Positions 1 to 9,985 of a DNA stretch of 64,000 nt are shown here, piece after piece. Position 1 is the first letter of the stretch; each line of letters begins with the position of its first letter. This DNA comes from Bacilli bacterium. Its GTDB lineage: Bacteria > Bacillota_I > Bacilli_A > RFN20 > CAG-826. A program made the position numbers and the translations under genes. The stretch is from NCBI GenBank assembly GCA_024399115.1, contig JAKSHZ010000005.1:1853-65852 (forward strand), in the 5' to 3' direction. The notes under the pieces were generated by a model. The model ran no database searches. It was given only the letters and a program-made list of their open reading frames with translations, and was not told the origin of the DNA.

Positions 1-590
1 ATCATGTCTACATCTTTATAATTAACATCAAGTTTTCCTAATGCTTGTACTCCATCTACATGGAATGCAATTGTTGGATATTCTTTTAAGAATTTTGCAA
101 TACCAGCAATGTCATTAACACTACCGATTTCGTTATTAACAGCCATAATTGAAACAAGGAATGTATCCTTTTCAATCAAACTCTTAAGTTCATCAATATT
201 AACTTTTCCATCTGAACCAATATGTAAATAAGAAACTCTGTAACCAAAGTCTCTTTCTAGTTCTCTTGCTGTTTCTAAAATAGAAGGATGCTCAACTTCA
301 CTAACAATAATATGTTTTCCTCTTGATCTATGAGCGAGAGCATAACCTTTAATTGCTAAGTTATTTGCTTCTGTTGCACCACTAGTAAAAACTACTTCAT
401 GTTCAGGTAAATTAAGTGAAGAAATGATAAGTTTTCTAGCTTTTTCAATAATTCTAGAAGACTCTTGACCATATTTATGAATACTACTTGGATTTCCTGG
501 ATATAACTCAATAGCTTTGTTGAACGAAGCTAAAATATCTTTATCTACAAAAGTAGTAGCAGCGTTGTCAAAATAAATCTTGGAAGACAT
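1..590 (-). CDS. cysteine desulfurase (class V aminotransferase, NifS/IscS-like), partial; C-terminal part lies beyond window start
   Basis: Minus-strand translation from the ATG at 590 gives MSSKIYFDNAATTFVDKDIL...HVDGVQALGKL, the typical NifS N-terminal half. The start overlaps the ezrA stop as TAATG. Confidence 0.8.
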   Translation of the reverse strand, partial: MSSKIYFDNAATTFVDKDILASFNKAIELYPGNPSSIHKYGQESSRIIEKARKLIISSLNLPEHEVVFTSGATEANNLAIKGYALAHRSRGKHIIVSEVEHPSILETARELERDFGYRVSYLHIGSDGKVNIDELKSLIEKDTFLVSIMAVNNEIGSVNDIAGIAKFLKEYPTIAFHVDGVQALGKLDVNYKDVDM

Positions 591-2302
591 TATTTATTTT
601 CCTCAACGTGGCTATCTTGATAAATTTCAGTAGCGTTTTTATATACTTTTGCGAATTCACCATTAAAGAAATCGCGTTCGACTTGTAGTAATTTTGTATG
701 AACATCAGTTTGATGTAATCTGTCTTGATTGCTGTATACAATAGCAGATTCAGCAAGTTTCATATCGTTAACTTGCTTATCGACATCGTCAAATAAAACT
801 TTAGAAATTGACTTTAATTCTTCAACTTTTTCACTGACTTGTTTAACGTCAATTGGTCTAGTTTTGACTGCTGTATCGATTTCGTTTAATAGGTTATAGC
901 ATCTTTCAAGAGTGCCATTGTAACTAGCTTCTAAAGAAGGGATAGCCATTTCTCTGATTGTGCTTTCAACTTTCTTTAAACGATAGAAATAATTGAAGAC
1001 AAGCTTATAAGCTTCTTCTGATGCTTCTTTGATGCTTTCGATATATGCTTTGAAACTTTCAATACCTTGTCTAGCAATATCGTAATCATTGATTAAGACT
1101 TCTAATTTAGATCTTAAAATTGAGTAAGGTTGCTTTGTGGCGCTATGGATATAGTTATCTAAGTCACGTTTTGCTACACCTAAATCGTTAATGTTTCTCT
1201 TAAGTACTTCTAAATTGTTTTGTTGAGCGATACTAACAATATATATATTGTTTACTTCAGGTAATTTAGAGACGATTTTAAGGTAATCTTTCTCAACTAA
1301 AATAGCATTTTGGTATGCTCTAGCTTGATTATCTTCAAAGAATTTCTTATCTAAGATTTCTTGTTCTAATTGTCTATGTAAGTCATCGACTTCAGCGATA
1401 ATCTTATCTAATTTTGCTTGGGCACCAGCTAATTTGAGTTCTTGAAGTTGAACTACTACTGCCTTTAATTCGTTTTCCCAAGTTTCTTTTCTCTTCTTGT
1501 ATGCTAAGTGGAACAAAGGAATTCCACCTCTATTATCGACATCAATGAAGTCTGTGCCTAAAAGCATAATCTTTTCAGGGATTACTTTTTCAATTTGCGA
1601 ACATAAATTAGGGAGTTCACCAAGAGCACGGCTTAATGCAGAAATGACTGAGTCAATCTTAGGAAGAAGTTCTTGCGCTTCTTGATAATCCGCACAACCT
1701 AATAAATTTTCGTATTTATCAAAACTGCGATCGATTTTATTGAAAACTTTTTTAAAAGTTTCTTCGACCATTTGTAATTCTTTTTCATTGATAGAATATT
1801 TTTGTTTAACTGCTCTATAAGCTTCTTTAACTTTAACAGCGTCAGTTCTTGAATCTTCTTCTGGCTTTAAAGTTTCAGTGAGTTCTTTATCAAAATATAA
1901 AACTCTATTTTCAAATTCAGTTACTGAGTTCTTAGCTTCTTGATATGGGAGTTTGAAATGATTGTAGTCATTTGCTTCCACTATCTTTTTAAGAGCGTCA
2001 ACAGAAGCTTCTGCAGGTTTAGCAAAGTCTTCTAAGATAGTTCTGAATTCAGTAGAAAATCTATCATAAATTTCACCATAAAGGAGGTTACCTCTTGAGA
2101 TAACTTCTAATCTACGAACGTTTTGAGCGTCTTGACCAGATAATAAACTCTTTAAATATGAAAGTTTGTTCTCTAAGTCTCTTAAATGTCTCTTACATTT
2201 TTGTCTTTTAAGTACAAATTTAGACACTAAAACAAATAGACCTGCTAATAAAGCAACCCCAAGTACACTTATAACGATAATGAGAACTACTTTGTCTTTC
2301 AT
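590..2302 (-). CDS. ezrA: septation ring formation regulator EzrA
   Basis: 570-aa ORF with a single N-terminal TM helix (VLIIVISVLGVALLAGLFVLV) followed by a long coiled-coil. Size and architecture match EzrA. ATG at 2302 confirmed. Confidence 0.8.
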   Translation of the reverse strand: MKDKVVLIIVISVLGVALLAGLFVLVSKFVLKRQKCKRHLRDLENKLSYLKSLLSGQDAQNVRRLEVISRGNLLYGEIYDRFSTEFRTILEDFAKPAEASVDALKKIVEANDYNHFKLPYQEAKNSVTEFENRVLYFDKELTETLKPEEDSRTDAVKVKEAYRAVKQKYSINEKELQMVEETFKKVFNKIDRSFDKYENLLGCADYQEAQELLPKIDSVISALSRALGELPNLCSQIEKVIPEKIMLLGTDFIDVDNRGGIPLFHLAYKKRKETWENELKAVVVQLQELKLAGAQAKLDKIIAEVDDLHRQLEQEILDKKFFEDNQARAYQNAILVEKDYLKIVSKLPEVNNIYIVSIAQQNNLEVLKRNINDLGVAKRDLDNYIHSATKQPYSILRSKLEVLINDYDIARQGIESFKAYIESIKEASEEAYKLVFNYFYRLKKVESTIREMAIPSLEASYNGTLERCYNLLNEIDTAVKTRPIDVKQVSEKVEELKSISKVLFDDVDKQVNDMKLAESAIVYSNQDRLHQTDVHTKLLQVERDFFNGEFAKVYKNATEIYQDSHVEENK

Positions 2303-2417
2303 ACTAATAACCTGAAATATTTATATTTCTATTTTAAAGAGATTTACGAATATATCAACCACTTTTCTTATTATAATGAGAAAAGAAAACCTTATATAAC
2401 GCATGTAAAATTTTTAG

Positions 2418-2446
2418 TTGACATAGAGGGCAAAAACCAATATATT
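2418..2446 (+). promoter_or_regulatory. sigma-A-type promoter for rpsD (TTGACA-N17-TATATT)
   Basis: TTGACA at 2418-2423, a 17-nt spacer, then TATATT at 2441-2446. This places a leader of about 150 nt before the rpsD ATG. Confidence 0.45.
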
Positions 2447-2602
2447 TATTACTGCATGTAATGCAGCATGTGGATACACTTCGTCTGACGTTCGATCCTA
2501 TTTATTAAGTAACCAAAGCTATGCGGTGAAACATTCGAACATCCGGAAGCAGGAATTCACACCTATTCATTATTGTGCAAATAAGGAAAAGGAGGATAGA
2601 TA
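2447..2602 (+). promoter_or_regulatory. rpsD 5' leader, putative S4 autoregulatory structured RNA
   Basis: Region is GC-enriched relative to its surroundings and has the perfect hairpin CTGCAT-gta-ATGCAG at its 5' end. A long UTR ends in AAGGAAAAGGAGG before the ATG. S4 autoregulation through the leader is established in Bacillus. Confidence 0.35.
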
Positions 2603-3208
2603 ATGAGATACACAGGATCAGATTGGAAAAGATCTCGTCGTTTAGGTTTTTCTACATTAGGAACTCAAAAAGAGTTAGCTAAACGTCCATATGGCCCAGG
2701 TCAACATGGCGCTAACCGTAAAAAGAAAATGTCTGAATACGGTAAACAATTAACAGAAAAACAAAAACTCAGACAAATGTATGGTGTCAACGAAAGACAA
2801 TTCCGTAGATTATTCATGATTGCTTTATCTAGTAAAGAAGTTACAGGCGTTGCCTTTATGAAATTATTAGAATCTCGTTTAGACAACCTTGTCTACCGTA
2901 TGGGTTTCGCAAGAACTCGTAGAGGTGCTAGACAATTAGTTAACCACGGTCACATCATGGTTAACGGTGCTAAGGTTGACATTCCTAGCTACCTTTGCAA
3001 ACTCGGAGATGAAATCTCAGTTAAAGAAGGTTCACAAGGAATGAAAGTCATCAAAGAATCTCTCGAAAGCCAAGTCAACAAATTTGCTTGGGTCGAAGTC
3101 GATGCAGCTAAATTCTCAGGTAAATATGTTCGTGAAGTTGAACGTAACGAATTACCAGCAGACATCGCTGAATCACAAATCGTTGAATTCTACAACCGTA
3201 AGCTCTAA
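2603..3208 (+). CDS. rpsD: 30S ribosomal protein S4
   Basis: [20 protein letters not shown]...[13 protein letters not shown], 201 aa. Strong SD AAGGAGG upstream. Confidence 0.95.
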   Translation: MRYTGSDWKRSRRLGFSTLGTQKELAKRPYGPGQHGANRKKKMSEYGKQLTEKQKLRQMYGVNERQFRRLFMIALSSKEVTGVAFMKLLESRLDNLVYRMGFARTRRGARQLVNHGHIMVNGAKVDIPSYLCKLGDEISVKEGSQGMKVIKESLESQVNKFAWVEVDAAKFSGKYVREVERNELPADIAESQIVEFYNRKL

Positions 3209-3223
3209 TACTTACAGCAAATT

Positions 3224-3258
3224 AAAATCGGAACCATTTGGCTCCGATTTTTTTGCGC
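3224..3258. terminator. rho-independent terminator after rpsD (probably bidirectional)
   Basis: AATCGGAACC-attt-GGCTCCGATT hairpin followed by TTTTTTT, with an A-run on the other side. Confidence 0.6.
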
Positions 3259-3276
3259 TCTTTTTTTCCTTATTTA

Positions 3277-4380
3277 TTAATAAATAGGATAAGGAACTTT
3301 TGTAAGTCTTGGGTTAGCGTAATTTGCTCTACCTTCTTTTGCTTGAGGTTTACCATCACGTTCGACTAAGTCTCCAGTGAAACCGCAAGTTGTATTATTA
3401 ACAAAGTATGTGCCTACGCCATACATGCTTACAGGAACTTTTTCTTTTACCCATTCTTCAATCTTTTCTGCAGAGAAACTTGAAGAAACTGTAATTCTCA
3501 CATTATTAAATCCTTCAGCATCAAGTGCATTTCTTAATGCAACTACTAATTCTTTACAAACACCATGAGGATCAAATCCACTAGTATCTTTATCATCAAA
3601 ATAATGATCGACTAATGCTTTTGATGTATCAATACGAACACCATTGAGTTTATCGCCTAAGTGTCTTGCTAAGATCAATGAATCTCTAACAACATTGTTA
3701 TGATAATCGATAAGTGCAGTGACTTTTTCATTTGGGAAAGATTTTAAGTAGATGTCTGAAGCCTTGCAAACATCACCATCACAGATTTGAATTAATGCGT
3801 GTGGCATTGTTCCCATACCTTTTCCACCCCACCATAAGCCTTGTGCATCAGTAGAAACTCTATCGATACCAGCAACATAAGTAGCGTAACCATCACCAAC
3901 TTGAGTGAGATAATCATCTTGTCTATCAGCCATTGAGAATACTGGGTAATCACCAATAACTCTTTTAACCTTCATTACGTTAGTAGCAACGCTTGTTCTT
4001 CTAGCTAAAATACCATCAATTACTGATTCTAAGAAACCAAAGTGTTCATATTTTCCAGTGACTTTTAATACTGGTTCATTTGCTTGAATAATATCACCAT
4101 CGTTTAAAGCTTCAATAACTAAATCTTCTGGGTGAATTGCGAATGTATGAATGAGTGCGATTGCTTCATCAATACCACATAACATTGAATTGTCTCTTCT
4201 TTGGAACCATTGCATTGTAACAACGTGATTTGGTTCATTTTCTGAAACGATTTTTCTGCTTTTTAAGAAATAGTTTGCGCTGAAAAATCCATCAGCAATT
4301 CTCTTGTCGAATTGGAAAGTCTTGTTTGTTAATCTAGAAATTTTTCCTTGTTTTTTTAAATCAATCTCCAACATTTTCAT
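3277..4380 (-). CDS. pncB: nicotinate phosphoribosyltransferase family protein, short (about 367 aa) form
   Basis: NAPRTase-like motifs (GTMPHALIQ phospho-His region, YGVGT). Start re-picked to the ATG at 4380 (MKMLEIDLKK), which has GGAGG 5 nt upstream. The ORF-track start at 4413 would overlap the upstream gene by 53 nt. Confidence 0.6.
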   Translation of the reverse strand: MKMLEIDLKKQGKISRLTNKTFQFDKRIADGFFSANYFLKSRKIVSENEPNHVVTMQWFQRRDNSMLCGIDEAIALIHTFAIHPEDLVIEALNDGDIIQANEPVLKVTGKYEHFGFLESVIDGILARRTSVATNVMKVKRVIGDYPVFSMADRQDDYLTQVGDGYATYVAGIDRVSTDAQGLWWGGKGMGTMPHALIQICDGDVCKASDIYLKSFPNEKVTALIDYHNNVVRDSLILARHLGDKLNGVRIDTSKALVDHYFDDKDTSGFDPHGVCKELVVALRNALDAEGFNNVRITVSSSFSAEKIEEWVKEKVPVSMYGVGTYFVNNTTCGFTGDLVERDGKPQAKEGRANYANPRLTKVPYPIY

Positions 4381-4861
4381 GTGCCTCCATATCAAAGAAG
4401 TCTTTTCCGACATCTTCGTCTTTTAATCCTTCTTCTATAATTAATTCGCTATCAGACTCTGAGATAGATAAGTCTTTAAATGAGCAGATTTTATCTTCTT
4501 TTGCAAAAGTTTTATCAGGTAATAATGTGTCTTTTTTAGCGATAACTATGTATTTATTACCTTTTTTGGCTATTTCAAAGCCTGAATGATACTTAACAGA
4601 AAGCATCATATCATAAGCTCCTAAGTAGCCATTTATTAAAGCAATGAACTCTTCGCTTGGATAGTAGATTAGTCCATTGATTCTAATCTTAATGTATTTT
4701 TTAATTCCATAGATGTTGGCTTTAACAATACCACTTTCTCCATAGAACATCTCGACATCATTTTCCCTTACGTTTCTGACAATTTGATCATCAGAAAAAT
4801 ACACTTCAAGAGTGTCATCTTTCTTTGAATAAGAGTAAACTAGTCCGTATTTTGAAATCAT
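4361..4861 (-). CDS. hypothetical protein (DUF2283-like N-terminus: YSYSKKDDTLEVYFSDD)
   Basis: 166-aa ORF embedded in a translationally coupled string. Its ATG overlaps the trmB stop (ATGA), and its stop is 17 nt inside the pncB start region. Confidence 0.5.
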   Translation of the reverse strand: MISKYGLVYSYSKKDDTLEVYFSDDQIVRNVRENDVEMFYGESGIVKANIYGIKKYIKIRINGLIYYPSEEFIALINGYLGAYDMMLSVKYHSGFEIAKKGNKYIVIAKKDTLLPDKTFAKEDKICSFKDLSISESDSELIIEEGLKDEDVGKDFFDMEAHENVGD

Positions 4862-5463
4862 TTTTTAAGTACCATTCTATTAATGTTTTTGTTAACACTT
4901 CTGAAACTTTCTTCGTACTCTGTGATAGCGTCGAATTCTTCTTTGCCATCATAGTCTTCAGTGCAGCTAACAACACTAAATTTAGATCCTTCAAACATCT
5001 CTTTTGAGTATGCAAATAAGTCATCATTATCAGTCTTAATGATTAAGTTTCCACCAGCTTTAATGACCCTATAATATTCGTTTAAGAATTTTTCAGAAGT
5101 TAACCTTCTTTTTGTGTGTCTCTTCTTTGGCCATGGATCAGAGAAATTTAAGAAAATTGTATCGATGGATTCATCTTTAACGTTGAGTAAAACTCTTTCA
5201 GCATCATCAAAAATGAGTTTTGCATTACCGACTTCATTCTCTACTAATTTCTTTGCGGTGAAACCACAACAAGTAACGTTCTTTTCAATTCCTACAAAAT
5301 CTAATGATGGGAATTTTTGAGACATTAAAAGTAAGAATTGGCCCTTGCCACTACCGATTTCTAAGACAAAGTCTTTCTTAGTAGCGAGGTCTTCTCCCTT
5401 TAACATTACTTCTGTATGTTCGTTAATATATGGCTCTGCCCAAGCTTTAAATTTTGTTCTCAT
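4858..5463 (-). CDS. trmB: tRNA (guanine46-N7)-methyltransferase TrmB
   Basis: 201 aa with LEIGSGKGQF SAM motif and DPWPKKRH motif. Start overlaps the pepV stop as TAATG. Confidence 0.9.
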   Translation of the reverse strand: MRTKFKAWAEPYINEHTEVMLKGEDLATKKDFVLEIGSGKGQFLLLMSQKFPSLDFVGIEKNVTCCGFTAKKLVENEVGNAKLIFDDAERVLLNVKDESIDTIFLNFSDPWPKKRHTKRRLTSEKFLNEYYRVIKAGGNLIIKTDNDDLFAYSKEMFEGSKFSVVSCTEDYDGKEEFDAITEYEESFRSVNKNINRMVLKK

Positions 5464-6827
5464 TATAATTTCTTTCCTAATTCAACGATTGCTCTAGCAT
5501 AGATTGCCATACCCTTTTCGATATGTTCAATTTTGATTTGTTCTCCTGCTGAGTGCATCTTTGAATCCCAACCATCGAATTCCATACCATATGCAACAAC
5601 GTTTTCTGCTTCTTTTGCGTATGTACCACCACCAGTTGATAATGGGACAGCGTCTACATCACCAGTTTCATCAATGTAAGCTTTTAAAAGAGTGCTTACT
5701 AATGTTGAATCTTTTGGGAAATACAATAATGGAGAGCAACCGCCAAATGTTGTTTTGAATGGTTTTGAATTTTCTTCAATAATTGCTTTAATTTCTTCAA
5801 ATGTTGTTGAGTTGATGAATCTAAAGTTAATTGTTGCTTTAAGTTCACCATTTTCATAACTAAATAAACCGAGGTTTAAAGAGTTGTCATACATTTCATC
5901 ATTGTGCATGTTTGCTTTAATACCTTCGCCTCTAGTTCCGCTATATTTTTCTGCAAATAACTTTAAGTTAGGATTATCGTAATAATCACCTAAAGCTTTA
6001 ATAGCCATCATAGCAGCGTTCTTACCGACCCATGGAATACTACCATGAGCAGCAACGCCTGTGAAAGTTAATACGCATTTACCATCAACTTCACTTGCTT
6101 CGACGTCTTTTCCATATAATTCAGAAACGTAGCTAACAAATTTTTCGTCTTTAGCCATTTCAACAACGCACTTTTCAATAACTGAGTTAGAAGCAACGCC
6201 ACCCTTAATTGAGTAGACATTATCCATCTTAAAGCTATCAGTTACAAGGAATCCAAAGATACCCTTTTCTGCGAAAATTAATGGGAAACTACTGTCAGGA
6301 GAGAAGCCTAATGTAGGTTGTTTCTTTTTTAATTCATAGAAATAATGCATCATGCCTTCAGAAGTTGTTTCTTCAGCACCGCCAACTAAGAATCTAACTT
6401 GGTAATCACCGAGTTTTCCATTGTCTTTAAGAGCTTTTAAAGCGTAATAACAAGCAAGAAGAGGGCCTTTATCATCAGCAACACCACGACCAGTTAATAC
6501 GCCATCTTTTTCAACAACTTCAAATGGATCTTGGTCCCAGCCAGTTCCTTCTGGAACGACGTCTGCGTGAGCCATAATTGTGATATTCTTTTCGCCGCTT
6601 CCAATATTTGCTTCGACGATTTTATTGCCGTAGTTAGTGACATCAAAACCATCTTTTTTTGCTAATTCTTCGAAGAATTTAAGAGCTTCAGTAACCCCCT
6701 TACCACATGGATTATCTTTGTCCATTGTGTCTGGATCTCTGACAGAATCAATTGCGACAAATTTTCTTAAATTGTCTAATAATTCATCCATGTAAGGAGC
6801 AGTTAATAATTCATATTCAGTTTTCAT
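5463..6827 (-). CDS. pepV: M20-family dipeptidase (PepV-like, Xaa-His dipeptidase)
   Basis: 454 aa with HADVVPEG and GxADDKG M20 metal-binding motifs. Confidence 0.8.
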   Translation of the reverse strand: MKTEYELLTAPYMDELLDNLRKFVAIDSVRDPDTMDKDNPCGKGVTEALKFFEELAKKDGFDVTNYGNKIVEANIGSGEKNITIMAHADVVPEGTGWDQDPFEVVEKDGVLTGRGVADDKGPLLACYYALKALKDNGKLGDYQVRFLVGGAEETTSEGMMHYFYELKKKQPTLGFSPDSSFPLIFAEKGIFGFLVTDSFKMDNVYSIKGGVASNSVIEKCVVEMAKDEKFVSYVSELYGKDVEASEVDGKCVLTFTGVAAHGSIPWVGKNAAMMAIKALGDYYDNPNLKLFAEKYSGTRGEGIKANMHNDEMYDNSLNLGLFSYENGELKATINFRFINSTTFEEIKAIIEENSKPFKTTFGGCSPLLYFPKDSTLVSTLLKAYIDETGDVDAVPLSTGGGTYAKEAENVVAYGMEFDGWDSKMHSAGEQIKIEHIEKGMAIYARAIVELGKKL

Positions 6828-7585
6828 TATTCTACCTCGTTCATCTTTCCTAATAAGTAAATACCTTCTAATAAGAAGTCCTTATCAAATATATAGTTTT
6901 CAGGAATCATGTCCTTGATTTTACAAGCACATCCACCTGTTATAACGCGTTTACATTTATAGCCAATTTCTTTTTCAAATTGTTGGCAGATACCTTCAAT
7001 TCCATAGATGTGAGAATAAACAACACCAGCGTTCATTGCACCCATTGTTTCATTAGCTAAAATCGTGTCACATTTTTCGATATCCATATCTGGTAAAAGA
7101 GCAGTTCCTCCGCCCAAGCTTCTCATTTGTAAAGTCATGCCTGGGAAGATAATACAGTTACTAAATGCCCCTTTTTCATTAATTAATAGCACTTTACTAG
7201 CAGTTCCGAGGTCACAAATTAATAATGGATAACCATATTTTTCTTTTCCGATTGCCACGTCTCCAATAATGTCAGAACCAACTTCACTTGGCTCTTTAAC
7301 GTCATAAATGATATTGCTTTTACACTCTGAAGAAATGCTAAATAATTTGATGCCATCGAACCCAGTTTTTAAAGCTGTATTAATGAAGTAAGTGATGTTA
7401 GGAACGACACTAGAAAGATAGCAAGCGTCGACTGAGTCGCTTGCGATGAAATTTTTGAACAATTTCACAAAATAGTTAGCGGAATACTTTTCTTTTTCTT
7501 CCACTGATTCTTGTCTAACTATTTTGCCCTCATTGAAAAGAGCAATTGTTATTCTAGTGTTACCGACATCGATAATTAGTTTCAT
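6827..7585 (-). CDS. coaX: type III pantothenate kinase
   Basis: MKLIIDVGNTRITIALF N-terminal motif; 252 aa. Start overlaps the leuS stop as TAATG. Confidence 0.85.
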   Translation of the reverse strand: MKLIIDVGNTRITIALFNEGKIVRQESVEEKEKYSANYFVKLFKNFIASDSVDACYLSSVVPNITYFINTALKTGFDGIKLFSISSECKSNIIYDVKEPSEVGSDIIGDVAIGKEKYGYPLLICDLGTASKVLLINEKGAFSNCIIFPGMTLQMRSLGGGTALLPDMDIEKCDTILANETMGAMNAGVVYSHIYGIEGICQQFEKEIGYKCKRVITGGCACKIKDMIPENYIFDKDFLLEGIYLLGKMNEVE

Positions 7586-9981
7586 TATGCTACCACGATA
7601 TTTACGATTCTATTTTTGACAACGATGATCTTAATAATCTTCTTACCTTCAAGGTTTCTAACTACGCCTTCAAGAGCAAGAGCTTTTTCTTTTACGATTT
7701 CATCATCAGAGTCTTTATCAATTTCAAGTGTGCCTCTAACTTTACCATTAACTGAGACACCCATCTTGACTGTATTTAATACTGTTTTTGCAGGGTCATA
7801 AGTTGGCCATGATTCGAATGCAAGAGTATGGTCATGTCCAAGTTTTTCCCACATTTCTTCACCGACGTGAGGAGTGATGCATGAAAGCATCTTTACGAAA
7901 CCTTCAGCGTATTTTCTTGGTAATTTACCAACCTTATAAACATCGTTAGTGAAAATCATCATCGCACTAATTGCAGTGTTAAATGCAAGGTGTTCGAAGT
8001 CTTCAGAAACTTTCTTAACCATAACGTTGTAGGATAAGTCGAGTTCAGGAACTTCTTCATCTATGATGATGCCCATTTCAACGATCATTCTATATACTCT
8101 ATCGAGCCATCTATGTGCGCCTTCAACACCTTGTTCACTCCAAGGTTTATTTGCTTCAAGTGGACCCATGAACATTTCATAAAGTCTTAATGTATCAGCA
8201 CCATGAGCTGCAACAACATCACTTGGGTTAACAACGAATTCTGGGTATCTCTTACCCATTTTGATGTTATTAGCGCCTAAGATCATGCCTTGGTGAACTA
8301 ATTTCTTGAATGGTTCATCAAAGCTGATGAGACCTTTGTGATATAAATATTTAGTCCAAATTCTTGAATAGATTAAGTGACCAACAGCGTGCTCAGGACC
8401 ACCAATATAGAGATCAACTGGTAACCAGTGATCAGCAAGTCTTCTATCACAGAATTCTTTTTCGTTATTTGGATCTACATATCTTAAGAAATACCATGAT
8501 GAACCTGCACTACCTGGCATAGTAGAAGTTTCTCTTGTACCTTTAATGCCGTTAGCATCGTATTTCTTCCATTCTGTAGCGTTCTCCAAAGGAGCTTTAC
8601 CATTACGTCCTTTGTAATCGTCCATTTCTGGGAGGACTAATGGAAGTTCACTATCATCTAATGTATGGACTTGTCCATCTTCTCCGTGAACTACAGGAAC
8701 AGGTTCGCCCCAATATCTTTGACGAGCGAAAATCCATTCTCTAAATTTATAGTTAATTTTCTTTTCACCAATGCCTTTTTCTTTTAAGAATTCGAGCATT
8801 TTAGCGATAGCGTCTTCTTTGTTCATTCCATTAAGGAATCCACTATTAATATGTACGCCATCACCTTCATAAGCTTCTTTAGAAATATCTCCACCTTCAA
8901 GGACTTGGATAATTTCACAATTGAAAGCTTTGGCAAAGTCATAGTCTCTACTATCATGAGCAGGAACTGCCATGATTGCGCCTGTACCATAATTTGCTAA
9001 GACATAGTCTGAAATAAATACTGGGATTTTCTTATCGTTAACTGGGTTAACAGCGTAACATCCTAAGAAAACACCTGTTTTATCTTTATTTAAAGATGTT
9101 CTTTCAAGTTCACTCTTACTAGCAGCTTCTTTTATATAAGCTTCAACCGCTGGGAGTTGTTCTTTGCTTGCGATTGATTTAACGATTTCGTGTTCTGGTG
9201 ACAATACGCAATAAGTTGCGCCAAATAATGTGTCACATCTAGTTGTGAATATTGTGAAAGTTTTATCTGTGCCATCAACTCTGAAATTAACTAAAGCACC
9301 TGTTGATTTACCAATCCAGTTTCTTTGAATTTCCTTTGTTGATTCTGGCCAATCAATTCTATTTAAACCTTCAAGAAGTTCTTCTGCAAACTTAGGTTGA
9401 TCAATAACCCATTGTTTGAGATTCTTTCTAATAACTGGATAGCCACCTCTTTCAGATTTACCATCAATGACTTCGTCATTTGAAAGAACTGTTCCAAGTT
9501 CTTCACACCAGTTAACTGGCATATCGACATATTTTGCATAGCCATCAATATAAAGTTGTTTGAAGATCCATTGTGTCCAGTGATAGTATTTTGGATCACT
9601 AGTTAAAAAGACTTTACTCCAGTCATAGTCAAAACCAAGTTCTTCGAGTTGGTTTTGGAAGAATGCTACGTTTTTAACTGTGAATTCGTTTGGGTGATGT
9701 CCAGTTGAGATTGCGTATTGTTCTGCTGGAAGACCAAATGAATCGTAACCCATTGGGTGAAGAACGTTAAAACCTTGCATTCTTTTCATTCTGCTGACGA
9801 TATCTGTAGCAGTATATCCTTCTGGGTGACCTACATGAAGGCCAACACCACTAGGATATGGAAACATATCTAATGCATAAAATTTTGGTTTAGAAAAATC
9901 CCAAACATCTGTTTTAAATGTTTGGTTTTCTTTCCAATATTTTTGCCATTTTTTATCTATTACTTTAAAATCATAACTCAT
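7585..9981 (-). CDS. leuS: leucyl-tRNA synthetase
   Basis: 798 aa. HIGH-type motif (PYPSGVGLHVGHPEGY) and a KMGKR-like KMSKS region. Confidence 0.95.
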   Translation of the reverse strand: MSYDFKVIDKKWQKYWKENQTFKTDVWDFSKPKFYALDMFPYPSGVGLHVGHPEGYTATDIVSRMKRMQGFNVLHPMGYDSFGLPAEQYAISTGHHPNEFTVKNVAFFQNQLEELGFDYDWSKVFLTSDPKYYHWTQWIFKQLYIDGYAKYVDMPVNWCEELGTVLSNDEVIDGKSERGGYPVIRKNLKQWVIDQPKFAEELLEGLNRIDWPESTKEIQRNWIGKSTGALVNFRVDGTDKTFTIFTTRCDTLFGATYCVLSPEHEIVKSIASKEQLPAVEAYIKEAASKSELERTSLNKDKTGVFLGCYAVNPVNDKKIPVFISDYVLANYGTGAIMAVPAHDSRDYDFAKAFNCEIIQVLEGGDISKEAYEGDGVHINSGFLNGMNKEDAIAKMLEFLKEKGIGEKKINYKFREWIFARQRYWGEPVPVVHGEDGQVHTLDDSELPLVLPEMDDYKGRNGKAPLENATEWKKYDANGIKGTRETSTMPGSAGSSWYFLRYVDPNNEKEFCDRRLADHWLPVDLYIGGPEHAVGHLIYSRIWTKYLYHKGLISFDEPFKKLVHQGMILGANNIKMGKRYPEFVVNPSDVVAAHGADTLRLYEMFMGPLEANKPWSEQGVEGAHRWLDRVYRMIVEMGIIIDEEVPELDLSYNVMVKKVSEDFEHLAFNTAISAMMIFTNDVYKVGKLPRKYAEGFVKMLSCITPHVGEEMWEKLGHDHTLAFESWPTYDPAKTVLNTVKMGVSVNGKVRGTLEIDKDSDDEIVKEKALALEGVVRNLEGKKIIKIIVVKNRIVNIVVA

Positions 9982-9985
9982 AAAT

